Shown one piece after another: positions 1 through 11,329 of a stretch of DNA of 64,000 nt; positions within the stretch are counted from its first letter, which is position 1; each line of letters begins with the position of its first letter. The stretch is from assembly GCF_036321535.1 (NCBI RefSeq), contig NC_087436.1:94986001-95050000 (forward strand), given 5' to 3'. The notes below the pieces were generated by a model. The model had not been told where the DNA came from, ran no database searches, and was given only the letters and a program-made list of their open reading frames with translations. Position numbers and translations under genes: made by a program. The stretch is from Camelus dromedarius. Lineage: Eukaryota.

Positions 1-62
1 TTTCCTCATTTCCATCCTCAGAGGCCTCATTTCCTAGGTGATGAAGACTGCTCCTCGAGGCA

Positions 63-260
63 CAGGTTGGCAGACTTCTTCTGTAAACATCAAGAGAAAG
101 ATATGGTTTCTTTCACAACTGCTCAACTAGGTTGTCATAGCAGAAAAGCAGCAAGAGACAATATTCAAACAAACTGGCGTGTCTGTGTCCACTGAAACTT
201 TATTTACAAAAATGAACAGCAGACAGATTCGGCCTATGGCCTGCAGTGTGCTGACCTCAG
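63..260 (+). mobile_element. MER58A-like hAT-Charlie MITE
   Basis: caggttggcagacttcttctgtaaa...aactttatttacaaaaa...ggcctgcagtgtgctgacc. Confidence 0.7.
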
Positions 261-3049
261 ACCTGTAGTTTCTCCACCTTTACTCTTTTGACCTAGATGC
301 TGAAGTGTAACCTTGAATTGGCTACTTTTCTCTTAATTTTGGCCTTCAAAAAGGAATGTTTCTTGGTATGGATGCACATACTCACCTGGGTTCCAGCTGG
401 GGCTGACATGCCCGTATCTGGGGTAGAGTCCAGGCATTTAGGTATTTTAAGAGTTCTTCAAGTAATCCTAACATGACGCCATGGTTGAGAATCACTGGAC
501 TAGGTAGTTCAAGCAATGGGGGATGGATAACTTTTGTAGCATTCTGGATTCCGTCTGGGATGGAAATCCCAAGATGTTATATCTGGTGGGTACCAATGTC
601 AAGACAGGGTCAGATGATACTCAACCTGCATTACTGACTACTGGAGCTGAAAGGGACCTAAGCAATCATCTAGTACCATCTTCACAATGACGATTTCTTA
701 TTATGAAGAATTTATATAATGCAGAGAAATTATTATAAACATTTCCTACCACCCAAATATTGGGTAAAATGCCTGTGACATTTGAAAATCTGTCATAATC
801 TTGCTGGGAGAAGAGAAAATAGATCATTTAGTTAACATACTTTAGCTGTTTAAGTGGTCCATATGGCTGTTTAAATAAGGTCAGAGGGAAGAGCAGGGGA
901 GGGAGTAGACGGTGGCCTGTGTGCAGACTGCATCTCTGGCCGTTATTATGACCATCTGGGGCTTCTCCATGTTATTTTAGAGTCATGCACAGATAGAAGG
1001 GTAAGTGTCATCCTTAATTTGAATAAAACAATAAATTAGCTGACACTTCCCTCGACTCCTCTGCACGTATCTGATGCTGCAGTCAGCTCACCAGGGCTGC
1101 TCCTTACTTCCTGAACATATTCTGGTTTTCCATGTCCATGCTAGTGCTTTGCACCCCTCTTCTAATTTTACCTTCACCCACCTCCATATGTGAACAAAGA
1201 AATCTCATAATGTGTTGTTGTTGTTCTGAGATTCAGAATCTGCCTGACTGTAAACCTAGGTTCCAATACCTCTGAGGTGTTTTACCTCAGGGACCTAGTC
1301 TACTTGATATTTATATTCAACAAGTAATTAGCAAGAGCCTATTACGCGAAGGTTTAACAGTAGACCACACGCTAAGTGCTGCAGGGGACACAGTAATACA
1401 CCCCAGTACATGCCCTTAAGAAACTAACATTCTTTCTCCTCCTTTGTGTTATGATCTATTATCGTGTAAGAGTTTAGTCTCCCGACTGATTTGCTCAATG
1501 CCTTATTGATCAGAAAGTTTCTGAGATAAATGAATTCTCCACTGGATTAACTAACTCCCTCAGTCCTTCTCTGTAGCTCTGCTGCTGAGTTTCTGATACA
1601 GAATCAGACAGATAAGTAGGTCAGCTTTTGCTAAACTTATTTCCCAGCATTTTCTTTCTCTGAAGTTCACATGCAGTGCAGCAGCTCTTCTGTCCCTGAC
1701 CCAGACAGCTCTTGAATGACAGCTTCTAACCTCATGGCTTCAGCCACCACTAAGCAAGGACTTCTTTCCTTCCACAGAATTTACCCCATCAATGTCACTT
1801 TTGAACTGCCCAGTTTACCATGTATTTCAGATTTATAAAGATGCATAACTTTAAGGAAAACTATTTTTAAAATTTAGTTGATTCTATTTTTTAATTTCAA
1901 GTAGAATGTTTACTTTTTTTTAGAAGTGACAATAGAATTTTCTGAGAATTTATTCAGAAAAATAAAATAAACAGTCAATAGTTTTGAAACATAGTATACT
2001 CATGGTAACTTTAATACCCTGAGCATGCTACCATTTAGCACAATCAAATGGTCACTGAGTCACTGTGTGCCTTCCCAGCTTACCTTAGTTATTTTAAAGG
2101 CACAAACATTATACTAGTATTAGTCACTCACTAATATAAAGCTACTTTAAAACACATCAATTAAATATAATTTTTTTTTAATCCAAAAGAAATCTCATCA
2201 AATGAAACCAACCAGCCTGGGCAGAGACCTAGGGCACTGAATATGGTTCCCAAGCTTCCCTGGCTTCCCTCTCTAGATGCACCTCATTAGCCCAAAGGAA
2301 ATAATTACCCAGGGCTGGGGGAAAATAGGGTGGCGGTAAAGTCTGGTCACGATGCTGATACCTACATCAATCAATACCGCACATCTTTAAGCAATTCACG
2401 AGATACCAGAGTCGCTGAGGCCCCGGAGAAGATAAAAAATAAACATCATACTTTCTCAGTCCTTAGTCGTAAGGACAGAGTCTCTGATGGGGGAGTCTCC
2501 CATCAGACGGTGCAGTCTTATAAAGATAAAGGTATCTGAGATCCAGAGGGAGGAAATGCCAAAACTAGGCTTTAACTTCTCATGGCATTTGATTTTTGTT
2601 TTACTCCAATTGAAAAAGTAAAATAGAATGAAAATATTCCATGGGAATTTATAATCTAGTTCATAGTAAAATTATATATCATTTTACTGAATGTTTGTTC
2701 CTGAGTAAGAATTAAGATATTATCGACAATTTCAAACATTATACAGAGTTTATGAAAAGATACTGGTCTTGACTTTCAACAAACATTTATGGAATGCCAG
2801 TTGTGTACCAAGCATTGGGGAAGAGCTGCCAATCAAACTTTCCCCTTAGGTTTGTCATTGTTTCTCACTCTCTTCTTAGACCAGAATTAAAATCTAAAGA
2901 GCCTTTCTGTCAGATTTTTAAAACATCTGTTTACTTGCAAATTACACTTTTAAAAATTCTCCTTGGAATGTATATAAATGCAGAGTTTTACTCCTAGTTA
3001 TATATATTGCTATGACATTTAAATAACAATTTGTAATGTACCTAGTAAA

Positions 3050-3552
3050 ACTTTTTATTGTTGTAAAATATGCACTCAATTGACCATAAGTGACATTTAG
3101 TACTTTCGTCAAGTTGTGTAACCACACCATTAATTAGTTCTAGAACAGTTTCATCACCCCAGAAGGAAAACCCGTGTTCATCCCCTATTCCCTCTTCCTC
3201 GCAGACACTGGTTGTCTCTATGAATTTGACTATTTTGGGTATTTCATATAAATGGCATCATTCTAAACATAGAATTTCCCTATAAGACAGCAATTTCACC
3301 CAGGCTACATACCAAAAAAAAAAAAAAAAAAAAAGAAAAAGCCGAAAACATGTGTTCAAACAAAAACTTCCACACAAATATTCATAACAGCATTATTCGC
3401 AGTAGTCAAAAGTGGAAATAACCCAAATATCCATGAGTTGACAAATGGATAAACAAATTGTGATGTACATACATATAGCGGAACATTTTTCAGCCATAAA
3501 AATAAATGAAGTACTGATACCTGCTGCAACATGGATGAACCTTGAAAACATT
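3050..3552. mobile_element. L1MB-like 3' fragment with 5' inversion
   Basis: 3050-3262 is an L1 3' end on the minus strand; about 3263-3552 is the upstream L1 segment on the plus strand (aaatggataaacaaattgtg...catggatgaaccttgaaaacatt). Confidence 0.7.
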
Positions 3553-4245
3553 AGGATTTTTAATATGTCAGATCATGTCAGCTGCTAATGGAGAGAATCT
3601 TACTTCTCCTTTTCTAATTGAGATTCCTGTTATTTTATTTTTTCTTGCCTAATTGCTCTGCCTATAACTTCTGGTATAATGTTGACTAGCGGAGTGGGCA
3701 TTTTCCTGAACTTTCAGAGAAACCTTTCAATCTTTCACCATTTAGTATGTTGTAACCTGTGGGTTTTTCATGAACACCTTTTAACAGGATGAGGACATTC
3801 CATTCTCCTTCTAGTTTGCTTTTACCATGAAAAGGTGTTGATTTTTGTCACATGCTTTTTCTTATCAATTGAGATGATCATTCTGTTTCTTTTCCCCTTC
3901 ATTCTGTTTTTTTTTTTTTAAATAACAAAGAGCTTTATTTTCATGGCACTGTTCTGGTTTCTTCAGGCTGAGCTCCCCACATTCTACTACATGGTATATC
4001 ACATTGATTGATTTTTGTATGTTGAACTATCCCTGTATTCCTGCAGCGAATCTTAGTCTGTCATAGTATACAGTCTGTATTTGTCAACCCAAATTCTGGT
4101 TCTGTAGTTTGTTGAGAGGTTTTTGGATTATTGATTCGATCTCTTCCTTACTATAGGTCTGTTTAGATTTTTTTCTTCTTGGTAATTTTGTGTTTCTAGA
4201 AATTTGTCCATTTCATCTAGGTTATCTGCTTTGTGGCAGCAAAGT
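3553..4245 (-). mobile_element. Old L1M ORF2 fragment
   Basis: tttcttgcctaattgctctg...ttatcaattgagatgatcat...aatttgtccatttcatctaggttatc are typical antisense L1 ORF2 motifs. Confidence 0.7.
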
Positions 4246-4539
4246 GTATTTTTGATGAATGAATTTGTTTATGGTTCATTCATCCAAAACACCATGCAAT
4301 TTATCTAATATTTCATATAAAACTTTAAATATGTTTTCTTGCATTTACTTCTCTAAAGCAAAATGTATATAAAATTCTGTAAGAGATTTAGACAAAATTC
4401 CCCCTGATACTAAGGAACCAAAAATTTCTGATAAGAGTGTGACTAATAAATTTTACTTCTAAAAGGCATAAACCTCCTTTACTTTTCTTTTTATTAAAAC
4501 AAATAATTTCTCACATAAAATAAAACTTCTTTTCTACCT

Positions 4540-4820
4540 AGAAGCAGGAGTGATAAAGGACTCCCGAGCCAGACTGTCTGCATTCAAATCCCTGCTCTGC
4601 CACTTAGTTCTTATATATAAATCTTATATAAATATATAAATCTTCTTATATATAAATCTGGGTGTTAATTCTCTTTGCCCCAGTTTCCTTATCTGTATAA
4701 AGGGGGAATAATAATAGAACTTACCTCATAAAGTTGTTATGAAGTTTAAGTGCATTAATGCATGCAAAAACCTTGGTTGCTAGTTCATAATAATCATTCA
4801 ATAATTACTAGCAAGTATTA
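4540..4820 (+). mobile_element. MIR SINE with internal AT-rich tandem expansion (about 4608-4660)
   Basis: ttcaaatccctgctctgccactta...cagtttccttatctgtataaagggg...acttacctcataaagttgttatgaag. Confidence 0.7.
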
Positions 4821-5589
4821 TTTTTCATGTGGTGGTCATTAACTGGTGTTAAAATAAAGAGCAGCAAGACATGTCAATGGAGAAGTTAACAGCAAAAGTC
4901 AAGGCAGCAATGCTGGATGATGCATACAAGAAAGAGCAGTATTTTCCTCTAGATTTATAAGATCCCAGACTAGGAGTGGAATAAATGTTTTGGCAAATGC
5001 TCTGTCACTAGAGAAGAAGTGCTGTCTTCACTAGTATCCAGGAGAGCACATCCTACTGACTACAAAACTGCATTAGAGGGGCCCTCAAATGGGGTAGAAA
5101 ATCAAAGGGACTGTTCTAATGAATCCTGTAAAGGAAAGGAAGATCCTCAGAGAAGAGAATCAGTTCCTTTACGCTGAGGTGAGTCTGGCTCCACTGAGGG
5201 TGCAGGGAACAAGCGAGTGGAGATGAGAAATGATCACAAGTAGAAGCATTTTCTTTTCAAGTCACAGGTCTAAGTCTCTAAGTCAAGAAGGGATGTACTG
5301 GTATGTTTCTGCTTTGGGAATTCTTGTTTGTTTCTTACACCTTTTCCTCTTCTCTCCCTTACCCTAAATTTGTAAATATATTCTACAGCTGATCCCTCTT
5401 TATCAGGAAAATAACTGACTTTATATCCACAGTATAATGAATATATGAAATATTAACATATTTGTCACTATCACTATTATTTTCTTAGTGGCCACATCAG
5501 TAAAATGCCCATGGAATTTGTTTTGGGACTAGAAGTACTAAATTTCTTGGTTTCAAAGGTAGAAATACTTTATGAGCATTCAAAATCAG

Positions 5590-6891
5590 CTAAAAAAAAG
5601 TTTGTTTTAATTCTTAAAAGAAGCAACTAAAAGAAAGGTTACCTTGATACAAAATAAAAAACACATTAACCACAATATAGTATTTTAAAAGATGGGAATT
5701 TAGTTTGTACTCACTTTATATTAAGATGTAAGTTAATGACTTATACCTTAAAAGATTTATCGTAAAATGTTACTGCCCAGTGCATTTTTTGCAAACAATA
5801 AATAATTCACTGAGAATATTAACATTCACATGTGTAATTAAGAGCTTACAAATGTACAAAACTTTGGGTAATAAACTTTAAACTTATTTTTCAAACATTC
5901 AGTAAACCCATTCCCCCCAAACTGTTTGATTACAAAGAAGCACAAAGGATTACTAACTGTGGCAAAAGGTAAGAAACAAGGCAGGGGCGCAAACACAGAC
6001 TTGAGAAAAGAGGAACAGCCATACAATTCTGTCAATATCAAAAGACAAAATCAGAACATTTTTAATAATACAAAAGAAAGCAAATCCACATAATTAAATA
6101 CTAATTAGGTGAAAGAACATTAGAGGGCATAGAACATGTATTTTCTCCACATAAAACTGCATATCTTAAATTTAATGCAAACACCATGTTTCAATTCCAA
6201 TTTAAGAATATCATAACATGGAGTTCTTGTTGAATCTAGACGGAATGAATGTTTAAATAGATCCCAAAGATCCTATCCAGTTTTTATTTGGTCATTGTTG
6301 TTTTAACTCTTTAACGTTTTTCTTTATTCATTGGACTAAGCCAATTCTAGAAATACAATCCTCAACCAAAGCACATATATGGCAGCTATTTCTGAGAAAA
6401 ATTAAATGCATAGTCTTCAGTATGTCATTAAAACAGTGGTTGTGGTTAAACAAACAAATAAAAATTACTGTAACTCATGTATGATAAAGTTACGAAGTAA
6501 AACGTTACAAGTTTTAATCCGCTGTATTAGCACTGTAATAAAAGCAGCCTAGATCATGTGAGTGAAATGTGCTTGATTATTAAGAAACGAAACTCCCAGT
6601 TAGCACTGGGTTGTGTTCAGAAGCAGTGCATTTGTCCTCATATTTTGTATCAGGAACATATGTTCACAAGCCACCAGCTGCAGTTTTGATTTACTAAGAA
6701 ACGAAAATATTTAATCCTGGTTTGTCCGCTCTTTCCTCCTTTGTTTTAACATCTTCACTTAGAGATCAGGCACTTTGTGCCCAGGAATGCGGCCTTGCTA
6801 ATTTACTAAAAACATACCCATTGATAGTAGAATAATTATACTAAATTCATAAAGGAAGATGATATCTTCATTTAGAAAACAAAGCACTAAG
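5590..6891 (-). other. KLHL5: Probable KLHL5 3' UTR; true end uncertain
   Basis: AU-rich sequence without recognisable repeats follows the stop. Candidate minus-strand signals are AATAAA at 6328-6323 and 6288-6283, and ATTAAA at 6066-6061 and 5611-5606. Confidence 0.55.
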
Positions 6892-6948
6892 TTATAATTT
6901 TACAGTCACAACGCAAGCCCCAGCTCTTCCTAGGCACAGTGGAGCAAC
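6892..6948 (-). CDS. KLHL5: KLHL5 coding exon 11 (last exon, coding part)
   Basis: U-rich tract ...ttttag|[21 protein letters not shown] then TAA at 6894-6892. Confidence 0.95.
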   Translation of the reverse strand, partial: VAPLCLGRAGACVVTVKL

Positions 6949-9900
6949 CTAAAAAAAACAAACAAAAAAAAACATAGGTGTTGGGTTTGTAGGTAAAAAC
7001 GCTGATAATACCACACTAGTCGGTGCAACACTGAAACGGTCTGTACTTATAGGCAAAAGAGCTGCTGCCCCCACCCTGCTGCTCTATCCTCACTGCTGGC
7101 CCTGTTCCTTCTGAACAGGACCTCCCTCCTGATGCCAAAGCTTCACCAACTAAACTGGTTTGGGTATAGGACATAATTATCTAGTATTCACTTCTCTTTA
7201 AGGGTGATCTTTTTTCTTAATAGCTCTCGAATTGTTCTACATGAAACCCTATTTTGGCCAAAATGATGCACAATATGGATGTGAGGGAATGCTAAATACC
7301 TAAAGTAACTTTGTGACTACCATGGAGAAAATACCAGGTACTACCCAGAGAGGCCGGGTAACAGAAGTGCTGTTGCAGAGAGAGCACACAAATACACCGT
7401 ATGCCCACGATCTGCTTCCTCTGGAGGAACCGCTAAGTTCATATTTATTGCTGACCTTCTCCACATGGCTGGAAAGTGTAAACCCACTCTACTCCTTTTT
7501 AGTGGAGGGAATGAATAATAAATACCACCCATCCAACTCCCTAGGAGTGGAAACAAACCTAGTGACTAAACTCTATGACAGTGAGAAGTGCAAGTGAAAG
7601 GGGACAAAACATAATCGTCACTTATGGATAAGGAACAATTCTTAAATCTTTGTCTTTTGAGTACTCTAGACACTGGGAAATTCACAGTGAAACTAAGTGT
7701 GGGCAAGGATACTTTTTAAAGGGCTACTTTGAACACAGTAAGAATGCACAGCAAACTATGTATCTGACCTAAGAGAATTAAAACATTAGCATTTGTTGGG
7801 GGGAGGGTATAGCTCAGTGGTAAAGCATATGCTTAGCATGCTCAAGATCTTGGGTTCAATCCCCAGTACCTCCATTAAAAAATAAACAAATAAATAAATG
7901 AAAATAAACCTAATCACCCCCACCAAATTGGCATTTGAGAACAGATGACTAATATAATGTATTAAGAAAGTTTGTTTTGTACTTATGTATATGGAGGTAT
8001 GTCATAAAGTGTTTTTGTCAAATACGTGATATTAAAATGATTTCTTGGGGGAGGGTACAGCTCAAGTGGTAGAGTGTGTGCTTAGCATGCACCAGGTCCT
8101 GGGTTCAATCCTTCAATCCCCAGTACCTACACTGAAAAAGTAATTAAATAAACCTAATTACCTCCCTCTCAATAAAATAAGATAAAAATACATGAGAATA
8201 GTGCTTAAAAAGATGTTATTAAAAAAAAAGATTTCTTAATCATTTTGACACCTGCACCCTGCACCAATGAGTAGATTTTAAGAACACATCCAACTTCAAT
8301 TGTAAGAGAATTCTTAGTTGTTCTTCATCTGAATCAGTTGTTTTGGTTTTGATCACTGTTATATCTCCTTGAACTAATAACCTATTTTAAAACCATATAT
8401 ACTTACAGTATTCTAGAAGTAATCTCTATGTCAATTAAATCAAAATGTCTGCTTGAAATTAACAGCTTTCCTCAAAACACCCAAGACACTAAAATCTCTA
8501 CATTGTGAATAGTTGCTGTTGTTATGAAAACCAGCTAGAAAGTATAGTTTGGAGAATTCATTAAATACAATGCAGTCACTTCCTGATGTGGGTCAAGGCT
8601 GGTAGTGGAGTGGGTGGTGGCTTAAGACTTGGTCATCTCATTTCATTCCCTGTACAAATGTCCTCTTGTCCATTTGTTGGAACATTAAATGGAAAACATT
8701 TATTCTTCAGATACTATGGTTATAAGTTCACATTTAGGTGCTTTAAAATAGTAATAGAGATGGCTTGCAGACCAAAGAGCTATGTGGTCACATATTATTA
8801 ATTCTGATACAGAGTGACTCAGCATAAAGTATTAATTATCTGTAATACCAAATCTGAAATACTGGCCAATCGACTTCCTTGTGGCTTAAATCAAATACAT
8901 CTCAGAAAAAGATTCCTCTGTCTCTTTTGGGGTTCCTTTGCTGTCATTCACAACTACTTCCGCCATGGTGGGAGACTGACGGTAGGTGGCCACGTGGTTT
9001 CTAATGAAATTCCATAGTTGAAGCCCTCAAATTATGCTTTCTCAACCCTTCACTGAGTGAGCTCACTTAAGAAAGAAACAAGATCACAGTCATACAATCT
9101 AAGTCTCTTTTTCTATCCTTCTCTTCATTTTAAAACACTTTATATCCTTTATACTCATATTCTCATCTTTCTCTCCAGTCTTAGAAGGTAAGATCGTTTC
9201 CTCCAGTCTGAGGAGTACCAGCCTTTGCCCTCAATTCTGTTTCCTGTCCTACATTCAGGAAAGTGCCCTTCAATTTTGCTTTCTCCTTCTGGTCTTGAAT
9301 TTCTTTCAACTCTCTTGTCCTCATCTCTATTGTGAAAAAGACCCTAGGCTCAAATCTAACTCTCCCATTTATCTACTGTGCAATATTGGGTCAGCTATTT
9401 AATCTCTCTGTCTCAGACCCCTCATGCAATATCATGGGAAAGTAATAGTATTTACCTTACAGGGTTGTTGAGAAGATTTAATAAGTTCTTTAATGACAAG
9501 TGCTTGGAATAGAGCTGGGTACATAAAATGCACTCAGTAAGTGTTAACTTTCTATCATCATTTAAAAATTGTACACCCCTCTAGCTCCCACATTTACTTT
9601 TATTCTTCTCTTTACTTTTTACACTGGGTGGTGGCTTCTGCTACTATCACATTCTCAAAGGTCCTGACAACTTCATGAATGACAAATTTTCTTCATTCTT
9701 TCTTACACTGTTGAAACCCTCTCTCCTCTCTTTAAATGCTCTATTTCATTATCTAATAAGATGCTATCTGATCTTTCCTTTGCTGTTTTCATCAGAAGCT
9801 GCATCTCTATACAAGCCAGAAAGCATATAAAGAAAGAACAGACAGGACTTGGTACCATCTCTTGAATCCATCCATATATTTAACACCTCAAGCCTTACAA

Positions 9901-11291
9901 CAGAAGCAACCTTCTAAATGTTTTCCTTTCACCCAACCTTCATTTCCCTTGCTCCTAATCCAACTTACTCTGTCCCCAGCTGCTGACACATGGACTTTCT
10001 ATTACTGCATCTCTCTCTTGGTTAAAAGTCTCCACTGGTTTCTTATTACCAACCTCTTAAGGTTGACCATCACAGACCTCCATCCTGAATCCAGCCTTCC
10101 TCTCCATAAGAACTCCAACTCTTCTCAAGCATGGAGCCTTATAACCAGCCATACTTCCTTAATATAGCCTGCGTATTTCTGCTTTAGTCACATTTTTTTT
10201 CATGTTTTCTCATACAAACTTCCCCTTTCCTTTTACTTTTTTGAATTGGATTGACTCATTAAGGCTTAAATTAAATCCCACTTCTTCTCAATGAAACCTT
10301 CTCAACACCCGTTTTCTTTCTTCTCTTTGATTTCCTATGCGCTCACTGCCTGTACCACGGGGCACTTCATACCAGCTGCTGCACAGGGTGGATCCTCCCC
10401 TTAAACGTGCAGCTCTCACCTAAGCAGTTAAGTTCTATGACAGCAGGAATTCTCCTAAGTTTTGTTTTCTTGACAGCAGTTACTGTTGCTCCTTGTATAT
10501 AGGAAAACCTTGGCTCAATTAAACATTTCAGTGTCTTCTGTATACTAGATACTAAACTGGGTGCCAGAGGTACAAGATTCATGGTTCTGTTCTTGGTGAT
10601 GATGGAAACAAAGATCTCAAAAGATCTTTCTTAGAAGTGCTAGGCATTGCCCAGACATAGACAGAATTCTTCCTGTTAATAAGCTTGCTGATCAAGTTTC
10701 TCACCTGTTAATGTAATTTAGGATTCCCATCTTTAATTAGGTTATGACCAGACATTTGATCTGCTCCCATATATCAGTGGTATGAGTATGTAAAAATTAT
10801 TGTTCATTTTTTTGTGACTACCATCTTTGTTTCTTATTTTCCACAATCTCCCCTCCCTTAGTTATACAGCCTTCCTGTGGTCCTATCAGCTCTATCAGTG
10901 CTAGAACATCTCATCAATTCTCAGCAAGCAAACGGTGGCAGCTAATAATAATAATGATAATAATCATCATTCTAAATGAAGTAAGCCAGAAAGAAAGAAA
11001 AATACCATATATCACTCATATGTGGAATCTTAAAAAAAAAAAAAAGAAAAAAGAGGACAGTAATGAACTCATTTACAAAGCAGAAACAGATTTGCAGACA
11101 TAGTAAACAATTTTATGGTTACTGGGGAAAAGAGGGTGAGAAGGGACAAATTTGGGAGATTAAGATTTGCAAAAGTTAACCACTATATATTAAAATAGAT
11201 AAAAACCACATTTCTTCTGTATAGCACAGGGAATACATTCAATATCTTTTAATAACCTTTAATGAAAAAGAATATGAAAGTGAATATGTGT

Positions 11292-11329
<38 letters not shown>

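Noticed and set aside
6592..6618. Iron-responsive element (CAGUGC in the 3' UTR)
   Set aside because: The five bases flanking CAGUGC (CAACC / UAACU) do not pair, and the motif lies in a stem arm rather than an apical loop.
7798..7875. tRNA-Ala gene
   Set aside because: The A/B boxes are followed by an A-rich tail and TSD, and three diverged copies occur in the window, so these are SINEs rather than tRNAs.
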